NCBI RefSeq assembly: GCF_003334315.1
Contig: NZ_QOWR01000019.1
DNA length: 64,000 nt
Source: Escherichia coli
Lineage (GTDB): Bacteria; Pseudomonadota; Gammaproteobacteria; Enterobacterales; Enterobacteriaceae
Direction: 5' to 3' (one strand)
The translations under genes and the position numbers were made by a program. Under the pieces are notes generated by a model. It was given only the letters and a program-made list of their open reading frames with translations, did no database searches and was not told the DNA's origin. Every line of letters starts with the position of its first letter. Positions within the stretch are counted from its first letter, which is position 1. Below, piece by piece: positions 23,526 to 35,169 of the stretch.

Positions 23526-24425
23526 TTACGCAGAGAAAAAGGCGATGAGGATCGGCACTAACAGGCTAAGAATAAAACCGTGAACAATTGCCGCCGGGAC
23601 CATATCCAGCCCGCCAGTACGTTGAAGAACGGGCAGGGTGAAATCCATTGATGTGGCACCGCATAAGCCCAGTGCAGTAGAGCGGCTGCGGCGAATCAGC
23701 CCAGGGATCAACATAATAGCAATCAGTTCACGGGCCAGATCATTAAAAAACGCCGCGCTCCCGATTACCGGGCCAAAAGATTCGGTCAATAAAATACCGG
23801 AAAGAGAATACCAGCCGAAACCGGAGGCCATTGCCAGCGCGGTATTGATGGGGAGATCAAGAATAAAGGCGTTAATTAAACCACCAATTAATGAACTGGC
23901 AACCACCACCACGGCGACAATCATTCCCCGGCGATTAAGGACAATCTGCTTTAAGGTCATGCCATTATTGCGCAACTGAATACCGACGAGGAAAAGTAGC
24001 AGAATTAACGTGTATTCGCTGGCTTCGGTCGCGTGTTGTAAGAAAGCCAGTCCACTCAGACCAATGGCAAAACCAATCACTACTACGCCGCACAGTTTTA
24101 GCGACTCCAGCGCCATCGCAATACGCGACGGGAGTTTTTCTTGCTGATGGTGATTGCGCCATGGCAGGCCTCGCTCCAGCCACATCAGGGCGGCAATATT
24201 ACATAGTAAAATAACGGTAATACTGACAGCAGAATAATGCAGAATCGCCAACAGGTTACTGGCGAGGTTATCGAGAAACGCCAGACTGATACCCATAAAA
24301 AAGAGAATAAGGTAAACCATCCAGCTTAATAGCTGATTAATAACTTTTAATGCAGCTTTTTGGCGAAGCGGAATGAGGTAACCCACAATCAGGGGAACCA
24401 GAATGATTAACAGCCCAGAAAACAT
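23526..24425 (-). CDS. ybjE: Lysine exporter LysO (YbjE)
   Basis: ORF track 23526..24473; start set to the ATG at 24425 (MFSGLLIILVPLIVG...), 299 aa, polytopic membrane protein. Confidence 0.85.
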   Translation of the reverse strand: MFSGLLIILVPLIVGYLIPLRQKAALKVINQLLSWMVYLILFFMGISLAFLDNLASNLLAILHYSAVSITVILLCNIAALMWLERGLPWRNHHQQEKLPSRIAMALESLKLCGVVVIGFAIGLSGLAFLQHATEASEYTLILLLFLVGIQLRNNGMTLKQIVLNRRGMIVAVVVVASSLIGGLINAFILDLPINTALAMASGFGWYSLSGILLTESFGPVIGSAAFFNDLARELIAIMLIPGLIRRSRSTALGLCGATSMDFTLPVLQRTGGLDMVPAAIVHGFILSLLVPILIAFFSA

Positions 24426-24630
24426 GAAAACCCAGTCCTTGCAAAGATGAAGTCGAAATGCGCGATGACACACTACTGAAAGCGGAAGGACGAGTAAAGT
24501 TGCAATTAAAAGGAAATGTTATGCATAAGGAGCAGTAGAGTATTCGTTTTCATTTAAAGATATTCTTGCGCTTTAATTACAAACTGCACCGATGTTGGTG
24601 GCGTCAAAATCGCCGAGGCGTTCCCTGAAG

Positions 24631-24810
24631 GCCGGGGCAGCCCACATGGATGTGGGCTGAGGGCGCGTTTTACAGGGATGTTACCTCGCGCCCGACCCGG
24701 TAGCCGTAAGGGATAAGTCGAGGGCACCGCGCAGCGGCGATTTTGTTCGCCAGAGCCCGGGGGTGCAGGGGGCGGCGGCGATTGGCCGCCCCCTGCGCGC
24801 TCCTTGCGCC
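24631..24810. repeat. GC-rich multi-palindromic intergenic element of unknown function
   Basis: Three near-perfect inverted repeats: CAGCCCACAT-GG-ATGTGGGCTG (24638-24659); GGGCGCG-N19-CGCGCCC (24661-24693); GCAGGGGGCGGC-N8-GCCGCCCCCTGC (24765-24796, 12-bp perfect stem). No T-run follows either strand, so it is not an intrinsic terminator. Confidence 0.45.
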
Positions 24811-24880
24811 AGTGGCAATATGTGGCTTAGCTCATGAAAGGAGCGCAACAAGATGATGAATCAACATATAACAACATCTT

Positions 24881-24908
24881 AAAAAAAGGCCTGACATTAC
24901 GCCAGGCC
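24881..24908 (-). terminator. Rho-independent terminator of aqpZ
   Basis: Minus-strand hairpin GGCCTGGCGTAATGTCAGGCC followed by TTTTTTT, immediately downstream of the aqpZ stop. Confidence 0.75.
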
Positions 24909-24919
24909 TTCTGCGTTAA

Positions 24920-25615
24920 TTAATCACGCTTTTCCAGCAGGGTCCGGTAAATCAGACCACCGATAATGCCGCCGACAATTGGCACCACCCAGAAGAACCA
25001 CAGTTGTTCTAATGCCCAGCCGCCCTGGAAGATAGCAACCGCGGTGCTGCGCGCCGGGTTAACAGAAGTGTTAGTCACCGGAATACTGATTAAGTGAATC
25101 AGGGTTAAGGCCAGACCAATAGCGATCGGCGCAAAACCTGCCGGAGCGAATTTGTCGGTTGCGCCGTGGATCACCAACAGGAAACCTGCACTCAATACCA
25201 GTTCAACTACCAGCGCGGAAAGCATGGAATAACCGCCTGGTGAATGCTCGCCATAACCGTTAGAAGCAAAACCGCTGGCTGCCGCGTCAAAACCCGTTTT
25301 ACCACTGGCAATTAAATACAGCAGCGCTGCCGCAACAATACCGCCGACAACCTGGGCAATTACGTAGCCAACGACTTCTTTTGCCGGAAAACGTCCGCCA
25401 GCCCATAAACCAATAGTGACCGCCGGGTTAAAATGACCACCAGAAATATGACCAACAGCAAAGGCCATCGTCAGAACGGTCAGACCGAACGCCAACGCCA
25501 CGCCGGCAAAACCAATGCCTAATTCCGGGAAGCCTGCGGCCAGTACAGCACTACCACAGCCACCAAAAACAAGCCAGAAAGTACCAAAACATTCAGCTGC
25601 TAATTTTCTGAACAT
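24920..25615 (-). CDS. aqpZ: Aquaporin Z
   Basis: ORF track 24920..25621; start set to the ATG at 25615 ([13 protein letters not shown]...), 231 aa; both NPA motifs present (HFNPAVT, SVNPAR). Confidence 0.93.
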   Translation of the reverse strand: MFRKLAAECFGTFWLVFGGCGSAVLAAGFPELGIGFAGVALAFGLTVLTMAFAVGHISGGHFNPAVTIGLWAGGRFPAKEVVGYVIAQVVGGIVAAALLYLIASGKTGFDAAASGFASNGYGEHSPGGYSMLSALVVELVLSAGFLLVIHGATDKFAPAGFAPIAIGLALTLIHLISIPVTNTSVNPARSTAVAIFQGGWALEQLWFFWVVPIVGGIIGGLIYRTLLEKRD

Positions 25616-26039
25616 ATCCACCTCAATTAAAAATTGACCCTGTGAAAAATATGGTCGTTTTATAGGGCCGTCGTAAAAAGTGACGACGGAAATAATGCGC
25701 GGCTATTTTAAAAACGAAGGCGAGTCATTCACCAGATAAATAAATCCAGTAAATTTGATTTAGGGCAACAGCGGGTTACCCCATATAGTCGTTTGTCTGA
25801 TTGACAGTGTAGTGCAAGCAAAAGATTTAATCCTTTAGGCGTAATAAAAAATAATTTATCATGCTAATTATTTGATTTTGTTATTTTTGCAGACTTATCA
25901 GCAAGAGGGAGTATAACGCGATTATTCGCTCATTTTTCAGACATTTGCCATGCTTAAATGTGATGTCATCACGTATTAGCAAGGCCTTTCCCGTTATACT
26001 GCCAGCGTAAAGGATAAGTCACATATTTCTGGAGGGGAT

Positions 26040-27698
26040 ATGATTCTTGAGCGCGTTGAAATTGTGGGTTTTCGCGGTATCAACCGTTTGTCGTTGATGC
26101 TGGAACAAAACAACGTCCTGATTGGGGAGAACGCGTGGGGTAAATCCAGCTTGCTGGACGCCTTAACCCTGCTGCTATCGCCAGAATCAGATCTCTACCA
26201 TTTTGAGCGCGACGATTTCTGGTTCCCGCCGGGAGATATCAACGGGCGAGAACATCATCTGCATATTATTTTGACCTTCCGCGAATCGCTGCCAGGCCGA
26301 CATCGGGTTCGCCGTTATCGGCCGCTGGAAGCGTGCTGGACGCCATGCACCGATGGCTATCACCGTATTTTTTATCGTCTGGAAGGGGAGAGTGCGGAAG
26401 ACGGCAGCGTGATGACACTGCGCAGTTTTCTCGATAAAGACGGACATCCGATTGATGTCGAGGATATTAACGATCAGGCACGCCATCTGGTGCGTTTAAT
26501 GCCGGTGCTGCGCTTGCGTGATGCCCGTTTTATGCGCCGTATTCGTAACGGCACGGTGCCAAATGTCCCTAATGTGGAAGTCACCGCGCGCCAGCTCGAT
26601 TTCCTCGCCCGTGAGTTATCCTCACATCCGCAAAATCTCTCTGATGGGCAGATTCGTCAGGGACTTTCCGCAATGGTACAGCTGCTTGAGCATTATTTCT
26701 CTGAGCAGGGGGCCGGACAGGCGCGATATCGTTTAATGCGGCGGCGAGCCAGCAATGAGCAACGAAGCTGGCGCTATCTGGATATCATCAACCGGATGAT
26801 TGACCGACCTGGTGGGCGCTCGTATCGGGTTATTTTGCTCGGCCTGTTTGCTACTTTGTTGCAGGCAAAAGGCACATTGCGACTGGATAAAGACGCCCGT
26901 CCATTGTTGCTGATCGAAGATCCAGAAACCCGTTTACACCCCATTATGCTTTCAGTTGCCTGGCATCTGTTGAATCTTCTGCCATTGCAGCGCATTGCCA
27001 CCACCAACTCGGGTGAGTTGCTTTCGTTAACGCCGGTAGAGCATGTTTGCCGACTGGTACGTGAGTCCTCGCGCGTTGCCGCCTGGCGTCTGGGGCCGAG
27101 TGGCTTGAGTACCGAAGATAGCCGACGCATATCCTTTCACATTCGTTTTAACCGTCCGTCATCGCTGTTTGCACGCTGCTGGTTGCTGGTGGAAGGGGAA
27201 ACGGAAACCTGGGTTATCAATGAACTGGCGCGTCAGTGCGGACATCATTTTGATGCCGAAGGGATCAAGGTCATTGAGTTTGCCCAGTCCGGGCTAAAGC
27301 CACTGGTTAAATTTGCCCGCCGAATGGGGATTGAATGGCATGTACTGGTCGATGGCGATGAAGCAGGGAAGAAATATGCCGCTACGGTACGCAGCCTGTT
27401 GAATAACGATCGGGAAGCCGAACGAGAACATTTAACGGCGTTACCGGCGCTGGATATGGAACATTTTATGTATCGCCAGGGATTTTCCGATGTGTTCCAC
27501 CGCATGGCGCAAATCCCGGAAAATGTACCGATGAATCTACGCAAAATTATCTCGAAAGCGATCCATCGCTCTTCCAAACCCGATCTTGCCATTGAAGTGG
27601 CAATGGAGGCAGGACGTCGTGGTGTGGACTCCGTACCGACGCTGCTGAAAAAAATGTTCTCACGCGTGCTGTGGCTGGCGCGCGGTCGCGCGGATTAA
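26040..27698 (+). CDS. ybjD: OLD-family ATP-dependent endonuclease-like protein YbjD (N-terminal ABC-type ATPase, C-terminal Toprim-like region)
   Basis: 552-aa ORF; N-terminal P-loop GENAWGKSSLLDAL typical of OLD/RecF-like ATPases; family assignment from memory of YbjD. Confidence 0.85.
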   Translation: MILERVEIVGFRGINRLSLMLEQNNVLIGENAWGKSSLLDALTLLLSPESDLYHFERDDFWFPPGDINGREHHLHIILTFRESLPGRHRVRRYRPLEACWTPCTDGYHRIFYRLEGESAEDGSVMTLRSFLDKDGHPIDVEDINDQARHLVRLMPVLRLRDARFMRRIRNGTVPNVPNVEVTARQLDFLARELSSHPQNLSDGQIRQGLSAMVQLLEHYFSEQGAGQARYRLMRRRASNEQRSWRYLDIINRMIDRPGGRSYRVILLGLFATLLQAKGTLRLDKDARPLLLIEDPETRLHPIMLSVAWHLLNLLPLQRIATTNSGELLSLTPVEHVCRLVRESSRVAAWRLGPSGLSTEDSRRISFHIRFNRPSSLFARCWLLVEGETETWVINELARQCGHHFDAEGIKVIEFAQSGLKPLVKFARRMGIEWHVLVDGDEAGKKYAATVRSLLNNDREAEREHLTALPALDMEHFMYRQGFSDVFHRMAQIPENVPMNLRKIISKAIHRSSKPDLAIEVAMEAGRRGVDSVPTLLKKMFSRVLWLARGRAD

Positions 27699-28687
27699 CC
27701 GCGAAACATCGTGGCCATTTGTGGCTGAATAGCGTCGAGCATCTCATAGCGCCGACGGTATTCAGCCCGTTTTTTACTGGCGATTTCGGCAATCTCTTTT
27801 CGTGCTATCTGTGCTGGAAGGCGGTAATGGCGTTCAGCATCACATACGCCGCCAACCGATTCCCAGAAAGCGTTGTAATCAGCGTGGATCTTGCCTTCTT
27901 TATCGCGATAACGCAGGCTGCGGTAAATATGCGTTTCATTGCTGACGGCAATAATCTGCTCTACCTGCAAACGTTGGGCAAACAGACAGGCCGCTTCCAT
28001 CACGAGGCGTTTGGGAAATAGCCCGTGGCAGGCTTTCGTCGCATTCTGGATTTCCTGATGTGGAATTTCCCATTTTGCGCCTTGCAGTCCGCCAATAAAC
28101 ATCGTTCTTTTCCCCTGATATTCACACAGGGTAAACGTGATCTCTGCCAGAGGAATACCTTCGCTGTTGCGGAACAGGATTGTGCTGTCACCTTCTTTAT
28201 CCATTGAGATCATCATGGTCAGCTCAAGCGTGAACTGCTCGCCGTTTTTGCCTTCCAGCTTCGCCAGTTGCAGCCCGGGGGTATTCAAATATAAGCTGAA
28301 TTCTTCCGCCGACATACATTCGCGGAGTAACGCATAATGGTAACGTAACGCCTCCAGCAATTGCTTACGGCTAAGATTCGCCGCAAGGTAAGGGCGATGC
28401 AGACGCACAGGCAGTCGCGGCTGGCGCGTTAACAATACATTGAGATTAGGCCAGTGGGAAAGTTCGTTCATCCACTCAACGCTTAAACGCGGCATAATCA
28501 ACGAGCGCAGCAAAAATTTCTGGCGAAAACTACGGCGATGCCAGAATTTACCCGGCCGACACTGTCCACGTGCCAGACTAAGAAAAAGTGACAGGCTGCT
28601 GAGAGATTCAGATGGCGTAAAGGTCCGTTCAGTTAGCTGCGACATATTCATGAAATCAATGGTTATACATGACGTCGATTTCACCAT
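27695..28687 (-). CDS. ybjX: DUF535 (VirK-like) protein YbjX
   Basis: 330-aa ORF convergent with ybjD (4-bp overlap of 3' ends); start not independently verified. Confidence 0.8.
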   Translation of the reverse strand: MVKSTSCITIDFMNMSQLTERTFTPSESLSSLSLFLSLARGQCRPGKFWHRRSFRQKFLLRSLIMPRLSVEWMNELSHWPNLNVLLTRQPRLPVRLHRPYLAANLSRKQLLEALRYHYALLRECMSAEEFSLYLNTPGLQLAKLEGKNGEQFTLELTMMISMDKEGDSTILFRNSEGIPLAEITFTLCEYQGKRTMFIGGLQGAKWEIPHQEIQNATKACHGLFPKRLVMEAACLFAQRLQVEQIIAVSNETHIYRSLRYRDKEGKIHADYNAFWESVGGVCDAERHYRLPAQIARKEIAEIASKKRAEYRRRYEMLDAIQPQMATMFRG

Positions 28688-28801
28688 TGCGTATCTTAAC
28701 CAAACATCAATAGTGTGATTACTAACGTAAATTTTAGGGGTTTGTTGATATTTCGTTGAAGTTAATGACCCGGATTGGCATATGGAGTATTCAGAATATT
28801 T

Positions 28802-29917
28802 ATGAAAAAGCGGAAAACCGTGAAGAAGCGTTACGTTATTGCGCTGGTGATAGTCATCGCCGGACTGATTACGTTATGGAGAATTCTTAACGCACCCGTG
28901 CCGACTTATCAGACACTGATTGTGCGCCCCGGTGATTTACAGCAAAGCGTGCTGGCGACCGGAAAGCTGGACGCGCTGCGTAAGGTTGACGTGGGCGCGC
29001 AGGTCAGCGGTCAGTTGAAAACGCTGTCGGTGGCGATTGGCGATAAAGTAAAAAAAGACCAGCTTTTAGGGGTCATTGATCCTGAACAGGCTGAAAACCA
29101 GATCAAGGAGGTCGAAGCAACGCTGATGGAGCTACGCGCGCAGCGGCAGCAGGCGAAAGCGGAGCTGAAACTGGCGCGGGTGACGTATTCCCGTCAGCAA
29201 CGTCTGGCACAAACGCAGGCGGTTTCACAGCAGGATCTCGACACCGCCGCGACGGAGATGGCTGTGAAACAGGCGCAAATTGGCACCATTGACGCGCAAA
29301 TCAAGCGCAATCAGGCTTCTCTCGATACGGCTAAAACCAATCTCGATTACACTCGCATCGTTGCCCCGATGGCCGGGGAAGTCACGCAAATCACCACTCT
29401 GCAAGGCCAGACGGTGATTGCCGCACAACAAGCACCGAACATTCTGACGCTGGCAGATATGAGCACCATGCTGGTAAAAGCGCAGGTTTCTGAAGCGGAT
29501 GTAATCCACCTGAAGCCGGGGCAAAAAGCCTGGTTTACGGTGCTTGGCGATCCACTGACGCGCTACGAGGGGCAAATCAAGGATGTACTACCGACGCCGG
29601 AAAAGGTTAACGACGCTATTTTCTATTACGCCCGTTTTGAAGTCCCCAACCCCAATGGTTTGCTGCGGCTGGATATGACTGCGCAAGTGCATATTCAGCT
29701 CACCGATGTGAAAAATGTGCTGACGATCCCTCTGTCGGCGTTAGGCGATCCGGTTGGCGATAATCGTTATAAAGTCAAATTGTTGCGTAATGGTGAAACA
29801 CGCGAGCGTGAAGTGACGATTGGCGCACGTAACGATACCGATGTTGAGATTGTCAAAGGGCTTGAAGCGGGCGATGAAGTGGTGATTGGTGAGGCCAAAC
29901 CAGGAGCTGCACAATGA
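28802..29917 (+). CDS. macA: Macrolide export membrane fusion protein MacA
   Basis: ORF track 28775..29917; start set to the ATG at 28802 ([18 protein letters not shown]...), 371 aa. Confidence 0.92.
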   Translation: MKKRKTVKKRYVIALVIVIAGLITLWRILNAPVPTYQTLIVRPGDLQQSVLATGKLDALRKVDVGAQVSGQLKTLSVAIGDKVKKDQLLGVIDPEQAENQIKEVEATLMELRAQRQQAKAELKLARVTYSRQQRLAQTQAVSQQDLDTAATEMAVKQAQIGTIDAQIKRNQASLDTAKTNLDYTRIVAPMAGEVTQITTLQGQTVIAAQQAPNILTLADMSTMLVKAQVSEADVIHLKPGQKAWFTVLGDPLTRYEGQIKDVLPTPEKVNDAIFYYARFEVPNPNGLLRLDMTAQVHIQLTDVKNVLTIPLSALGDPVGDNRYKVKLLRNGETREREVTIGARNDTDVEIVKGLEAGDEVVIGEAKPGAAQ

Positions 29918-31860
29918 CGCCTTTGCTCGAATTAAAGGATATTCGTCGCAGCTATCCTGCCGGTGATGAGCAGGTTGAGGTGCTGAAGGGCATCAGCCTC
30001 GATATTTATGCGGGTGAGATGGTCGCGATTGTTGGCGCTTCGGGTTCCGGTAAATCGACCCTGATGAATATTCTCGGCTGTCTGGATAAGGCCACCAGCG
30101 GCACCTATCGCGTCGCCGGTCAGGATGTTGCCACGCTGGACGCCGATGCGCTGGCGCAACTGCGCCGCGAGCATTTCGGCTTTATTTTCCAGCGTTACCA
30201 TTTGCTTTCGCATTTAACCGCCGAGCAGAACGTTGAAGTACCCGCCGTCTATGCTGGTCTTGAGCGGAAACAGCGACTGCTTCGTGCCCAGGAGTTGCTG
30301 CAACGGCTGGGGCTGGAAGACCGTACAGAGTATTATCCGGCACAGCTTTCGGGTGGTCAGCAACAGCGCGTCAGCATCGCGCGGGCATTGATGAACGGTG
30401 GTCAGGTAATTCTTGCCGATGAACCAACCGGCGCACTGGACAGCCATTCTGGCGAAGAGGTGATGGCGATCCTGCATCAGCTGCGCGATCGCGGGCATAC
30501 GGTGATTATCGTCACCCACGATCCGCAGGTCGCTGCTCAGGCCGAGCGGGTGATCGAAATTCGCGACGGCGAAATTGTGCGCAATCCTCCCGCCATTGAA
30601 AAAGTGAATGTTGCTGGCGGGACGGAGCCTGTTGTCAACACGGTGTCTGGCTGGCGGCAGTTTGTCAGCGGTTTTAACGAGGCGCTGACGATGGCATGGC
30701 GGGCGCTGGCAGCGAATAAAATGCGTACTTTACTGACCATGCTGGGGATTATTATCGGTATTGCGTCGGTGGTTTCCATTGTCGTGGTGGGTGACGCCGC
30801 CAAACAAATGGTGCTGGCGGATATTCGTTCTATTGGTACGAATACTATTGATGTCTATCCCGGGAAAGATTTTGGCGATGACGATCCGCAATATCAACAG
30901 GCGCTGAAGTACGACGACTTAATCGCCATCCAAAAACAACCGTGGGTCGCCTCAGCCACACCTGCCGTCTCGCAAAACCTGCGCCTGCGTTATAACAATG
31001 TTGATGTTGCTGCCAGTGCCAATGGCGTGAGCGGCGATTATTTTAATGTCTATGGCATGACTTTCAGTGAAGGGAACACCTTTAATCAGGAGCAGCTGAA
31101 CGGTCGTGCGCAGGTCGTGGTTCTCGACAGTAATACTCGCCGCCAGCTTTTCCCCCATAAAGCAGATGTGGTTGGCGAGGTGATTCTGGTCGGCAATATG
31201 CCCGCCAGAGTCATTGGTGTGGCGGAAGAAAAACAGTCGATGTTTGGTAGCAGTAAAGTGCTGCGTGTCTGGCTACCTTACAGCACGATGTCCGGGCGAG
31301 TTATGGGCCAGTCGTGGCTTAACTCCATTACTGTCAGGGTGAAAGAAGGATTTGACAGCGCCGAGGCGGAACAGCAACTCACGCGTTTACTTTCACTGCG
31401 CCACGGAAAGAAGGATTTCTTTACCTGGAACATGGACGGCGTCTTGAAAACTGTTGAAAAGACCACACGTACTTTACAACTGTTTCTGACGCTGGTGGCG
31501 GTGATTTCGCTGGTGGTGGGTGGTATTGGTGTAATGAATATTATGCTGGTGTCAGTGACCGAGCGGACACGGGAAATTGGCATTCGCATGGCTGTAGGTG
31601 CGCGAGCAAGCGATGTTTTGCAACAGTTCCTGATCGAAGCCGTACTGGTTTGCCTGGTCGGTGGCGCGTTGGGAATAACACTGTCACTGTTAATTGCTTT
31701 CACCTTGCAGCTTTTCTTACCCGGCTGGGAGATTGGTTTTTCACCGTTGGCACTGCTGCTGGCGTTTCTCTGCTCGACGGTCACCGGGATTTTATTTGGA
31801 TGGTTACCCGCACGAAATGCGGCACGACTGGATCCAGTAGATGCTCTGGCACGAGAGTAA
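29914..31860 (+). CDS. macB: Macrolide export ABC transporter ATPase/permease MacB
   Basis: 648-aa ORF; N-terminal ABC ATPase ([17 protein letters not shown]) fused to a C-terminal FtsX-like permease; ATGA overlap with macA. Confidence 0.95.
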   Translation: MTPLLELKDIRRSYPAGDEQVEVLKGISLDIYAGEMVAIVGASGSGKSTLMNILGCLDKATSGTYRVAGQDVATLDADALAQLRREHFGFIFQRYHLLSHLTAEQNVEVPAVYAGLERKQRLLRAQELLQRLGLEDRTEYYPAQLSGGQQQRVSIARALMNGGQVILADEPTGALDSHSGEEVMAILHQLRDRGHTVIIVTHDPQVAAQAERVIEIRDGEIVRNPPAIEKVNVAGGTEPVVNTVSGWRQFVSGFNEALTMAWRALAANKMRTLLTMLGIIIGIASVVSIVVVGDAAKQMVLADIRSIGTNTIDVYPGKDFGDDDPQYQQALKYDDLIAIQKQPWVASATPAVSQNLRLRYNNVDVAASANGVSGDYFNVYGMTFSEGNTFNQEQLNGRAQVVVLDSNTRRQLFPHKADVVGEVILVGNMPARVIGVAEEKQSMFGSSKVLRVWLPYSTMSGRVMGQSWLNSITVRVKEGFDSAEAEQQLTRLLSLRHGKKDFFTWNMDGVLKTVEKTTRTLQLFLTLVAVISLVVGGIGVMNIMLVSVTERTREIGIRMAVGARASDVLQQFLIEAVLVCLVGGALGITLSLLIAFTLQLFLPGWEIGFSPLALLLAFLCSTVTGILFGWLPARNAARLDPVDALARE

Positions 31861-31870
31861 TTTTTGAGAT

Positions 31871-31900
31871 AAAAATGCCAGCCGATCGGGCTGGCATTTT
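31871..31900. terminator. Bidirectional rho-independent terminator between macB and cspD
   Basis: Hairpin TGCCAGCCGATCGGGCTGGCA (31876-31896) flanked by AAAAA upstream and TTTT downstream. Confidence 0.75.
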
Positions 31901-31932
31901 GCCTTTAGGATGTACACAATGAGACAGAAGAG

Positions 31933-32157
31933 CTATGCGACTGCCGCTTCTACTTCGACGGGCACAATAACACTGGCGTGATTGCCTTTTGGCCCCTGGT
32001 GGACATCAAACTGAACGGATTGTCCAGCTTTTAGCGTTCTGTAACCATCCATCTGAATGGTGGAATAATGAGCGAAAATATCTTCGCCGCCGCCTTCAGG
32101 GCAGATGAAACCAAACCCTTTGGCATTGTTGAACCACTTAACAGTACCCTTTTCCAT
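31933..32157 (-). CDS. cspD: Cold-shock-domain protein CspD (stationary-phase replication inhibitor)
   Basis: ORF track 31933..32187; start set to the ATG at 32157 (MEKGTVKWFNNAKGFGFI...), 74 aa. Confidence 0.93.
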   Translation of the reverse strand: MEKGTVKWFNNAKGFGFICPEGGGEDIFAHYSTIQMDGYRTLKAGQSVQFDVHQGPKGNHASVIVPVEVEAAVA

Positions 32158-32479
32158 GCTTCGACATCCTTCGCAAATCTTATACAAGTAAGATGGAATA
32201 AACCGGGGTCAGAGAGGGGGCTGTTCAAAACCTCGCCAACTCTAGAAATACAATTTAGAGAATTAGGGCGAGCCGTCAAGCGTTTGACAGGGGCCAGGGG
32301 GCAGGTATGAATCAAAAATTTGAAGCAGTTAACGCTATTGACAGGAATGTGACAGATGTCGCTGATGCCAACGATAGATGATAGTTATCTATCATGTGGA
32401 GTAGATTGGTCAGGCAAATAAGCTCTTGTCAGCGGCAGGGCGTTCTGCCGATAACCGTAACCGAAGATGATAACTGACA

Positions 32480-32800
32480 ATGGGTAAAACGAACGACTGG
32501 CTGGACTTTGATCAACTGGCGGAAGAAAAAGTTCGCGACGCGCTAAAACCGCCATCTATGTATAAAGTGATATTAGTCAATGATGATTACACTCCGATGG
32601 AGTTTGTTATTGACGTGTTACAAAAATTCTTTTCTTATGATGTAGAACGTGCAACGCAATTGATGCTCGCTGTTCACTACCAGGGGAAGGCCATTTGCGG
32701 AGTCTTTACCGCCGAGGTTGCAGAAACCAAAGTGGCGATGGTGAACAAGTACGCGAGGGAGAATGAGCATCCATTGCTGTGTACGCTAGAAAAAGCCTGA
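32480..32800 (+). CDS. clpS: ClpA adaptor / N-degron recognin ClpS
   Basis: 106-aa ORF immediately upstream of clpA. Confidence 0.95.
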
Positions 32801-32830
32801 ATGCAGGCATAAAAATTGGGGGAGGTGCCT

Positions 32831-35107
32831 ATGCTCAATCAAGAACTGGAACTCAGTTTAAATATGGCTTTCGCCAGAGCGCGCGAGCACCGTCATGAGT
32901 TTATGACCGTCGAGCACTTGTTACTGGCGCTGCTCAGTAACCCATCTGCCCGGGAGGCGCTGGAAGCGTGTTCTGTGGATTTGGTTGCGCTCCGTCAGGA
33001 ACTGGAAGCCTTTATTGAACAAACCACACCCGTTCTGCCTGCCAGTGAAGAGGAGCGCGATACACAGCCGACGCTGAGTTTTCAGCGTGTACTGCAACGT
33101 GCGGTCTTCCATGTCCAGTCCTCCGGTCGCAATGAGGTTACCGGTGCAAACGTTCTGGTCGCTATCTTTAGCGAACAGGAGTCGCAGGCGGCATATCTGT
33201 TGCGTAAACATGAAGTCAGCCGTCTCGATGTGGTGAACTTTATCTCTCATGGCACGCGTAAAGACGAGCCGACACAGTCTTCTGATCCTGGCAGCCAGCC
33301 AAACAGCGAAGAACAAGCTGGTGGGGAGGAACGTATGGAGAATTTCACGACGAACCTGAACCAGCTTGCGCGTGTGGGCGGAATCGACCCACTGATTGGT
33401 CGTGAGAAAGAGCTGGAGCGTGCTATTCAGGTTCTCTGCCGTCGCCGTAAAAACAACCCGCTGCTGGTGGGGGAGTCTGGTGTCGGTAAAACCGCGATTG
33501 CAGAAGGTCTTGCCTGGCGAATTGTTCAGGGTGATGTGCCGGAAGTGATGGCTGACTGTACGATTTATTCTCTCGATATCGGTTCTCTGTTAGCGGGCAC
33601 AAAATATCGCGGCGACTTTGAAAAACGTTTTAAAGCGTTGCTCAAGCAGCTGGAGCAGGACACTAACAGCATCCTGTTTATTGATGAGATCCACACCATT
33701 ATCGGTGCGGGTGCAGCGTCTGGTGGTCAGGTCGATGCGGCTAACCTGATCAAACCGTTGCTCTCCAGCGGTAAAATTCGCGTAATTGGTTCGACAACCT
33801 ATCAGGAGTTCAGCAACATTTTCGAGAAAGACCGTGCTCTGGCGCGTCGCTTCCAGAAAATTGATATTACTGAACCGTCGATCGAAGAAACTGTTCAAAT
33901 CATCAATGGCCTGAAACCGAAGTATGAAGCGCACCACGACGTGCGTTATACCGCAAAAGCGGTGCGTGCGGCGGTAGAGCTGGCGGTGAAATACATTAAC
34001 GATCGTCATCTGCCGGATAAAGCCATTGATGTTATCGACGAAGCGGGCGCTCGCGCACGTCTGATGCCGGTAAGCAAACGCAAGAAAACCGTTAATGTGG
34101 CGGATATTGAGTCCGTGGTGGCCCGTATTGCACGCATTCCAGAGAAGAGTGTTTCTCAGAGTGACCGCGATACCCTGAAAAACCTCGGCGATCGCCTGAA
34201 AATGCTGGTCTTCGGCCAGGATAAAGCCATTGAGGCGCTGACTGAAGCCATTAAGATGGCGCGTGCAGGTTTAGGTCACGAACATAAACCGGTCGGTTCG
34301 TTCCTGTTTGCCGGTCCTACCGGGGTCGGGAAAACAGAGGTGACGGTACAGCTTTCGAAAGCGTTGGGCATTGAGCTTCTGCGCTTTGATATGTCCGAGT
34401 ATATGGAACGCCATACCGTCAGCCGTCTGATTGGTGCGCCTCCGGGATACGTTGGTTTTGATCAGGGCGGTTTGCTGACTGATGCGGTCATCAAGCATCC
34501 ACATGCGGTTCTGCTGCTGGACGAAATCGAGAAAGCGCACCCTGACGTGTTCAATATTCTGTTGCAGGTGATGGACAACGGTACGCTGACCGATAACAAC
34601 GGACGCAAAGCGGACTTCCGTAACGTGGTGCTGGTGATGACCACCAACGCCGGGGTACGTGAAACTGAGCGTAAATCCATTGGTCTTATCCACCAGGATA
34701 ACAGCACCGATGCGATGGAAGAGATCAAGAAGATCTTTACACCGGAATTCCGTAACCGTCTCGACAACATTATCTGGTTTGATCATCTGTCAACCGACGT
34801 GATCCATCAGGTGGTGGATAAATTCATCGTCGAGTTGCAGGTTCAGCTGGATCAGAAAGGTGTTTCTCTGGAAGTGAGCCAGGAAGCGCGTAACTGGCTG
34901 GCCGAGAAAGGTTACGACCGGGCAATGGGCGCTCGTCCGATGGCGCGTGTCATCCAGGACAACCTGAAAAAACCGCTCGCCAACGAACTGCTGTTTGGTT
35001 CGCTGGTGGACGGCGGTCAGGTCACCGTCGCACTGGATAAAGCGAAAAATGAGCTGACTTACGGATTCCAGAGTGCACAAAAGCACAAGGCGGAAGCAGC
35101 GCATTAA
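32831..35107 (+). CDS. clpA: ATP-dependent Clp protease ATP-binding subunit ClpA
   Basis: ORF track 32816..35107; start set to the ATG at 32831 ([19 protein letters not shown]...), 758 aa; two AAA+ modules (GESGVGKT and GPTGVGKT). Confidence 0.95.
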   Translation: MLNQELELSLNMAFARAREHRHEFMTVEHLLLALLSNPSAREALEACSVDLVALRQELEAFIEQTTPVLPASEEERDTQPTLSFQRVLQRAVFHVQSSGRNEVTGANVLVAIFSEQESQAAYLLRKHEVSRLDVVNFISHGTRKDEPTQSSDPGSQPNSEEQAGGEERMENFTTNLNQLARVGGIDPLIGREKELERAIQVLCRRRKNNPLLVGESGVGKTAIAEGLAWRIVQGDVPEVMADCTIYSLDIGSLLAGTKYRGDFEKRFKALLKQLEQDTNSILFIDEIHTIIGAGAASGGQVDAANLIKPLLSSGKIRVIGSTTYQEFSNIFEKDRALARRFQKIDITEPSIEETVQIINGLKPKYEAHHDVRYTAKAVRAAVELAVKYINDRHLPDKAIDVIDEAGARARLMPVSKRKKTVNVADIESVVARIARIPEKSVSQSDRDTLKNLGDRLKMLVFGQDKAIEALTEAIKMARAGLGHEHKPVGSFLFAGPTGVGKTEVTVQLSKALGIELLRFDMSEYMERHTVSRLIGAPPGYVGFDQGGLLTDAVIKHPHAVLLLDEIEKAHPDVFNILLQVMDNGTLTDNNGRKADFRNVVLVMTTNAGVRETERKSIGLIHQDNSTDAMEEIKKIFTPEFRNRLDNIIWFDHLSTDVIHQVVDKFIVELQVQLDQKGVSLEVSQEARNWLAEKGYDRAMGARPMARVIQDNLKKPLANELLFGSLVDGGQVTVALDKAKNELTYGFQSAQKHKAEAAH
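33323..33337 (+). promoter_or_regulatory. clpA: Internal translation-initiation site in clpA (Met169) with its own Shine-Dalgarno; reported to yield the shorter ClpA65 product
   Basis: GGAGGA at 33325-33330 followed by an in-frame ATG at 33335-33337 (codon 169). Internal initiation in clpA is established knowledge, recalled from memory. Confidence 0.55.
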
Positions 35108-35132
35108 TCTGATTGTCAGGTAGGTTGGTCAA

Positions 35133-35169
35133 GTCCGTAATCTCGAAAGAGGTTACGGACTTTTTATTT
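35133..35169 (+). terminator. Rho-independent terminator of clpA
   Basis: Hairpin GTCCGTAATCTCGAAAGAGGTTACGGAC (35133-35160) followed by TTTTTATTT. Confidence 0.8.

Noticed and set aside
24854-24883. Tiny ORF MMNQHITTS preceded by AAAGGAG in the ybjE-aqpZ spacer
   Set aside because: Nine codons, antisense to the aqpZ 3' region and ending inside the aqpZ terminator; most likely chance. It could only be tested by ribosome profiling.
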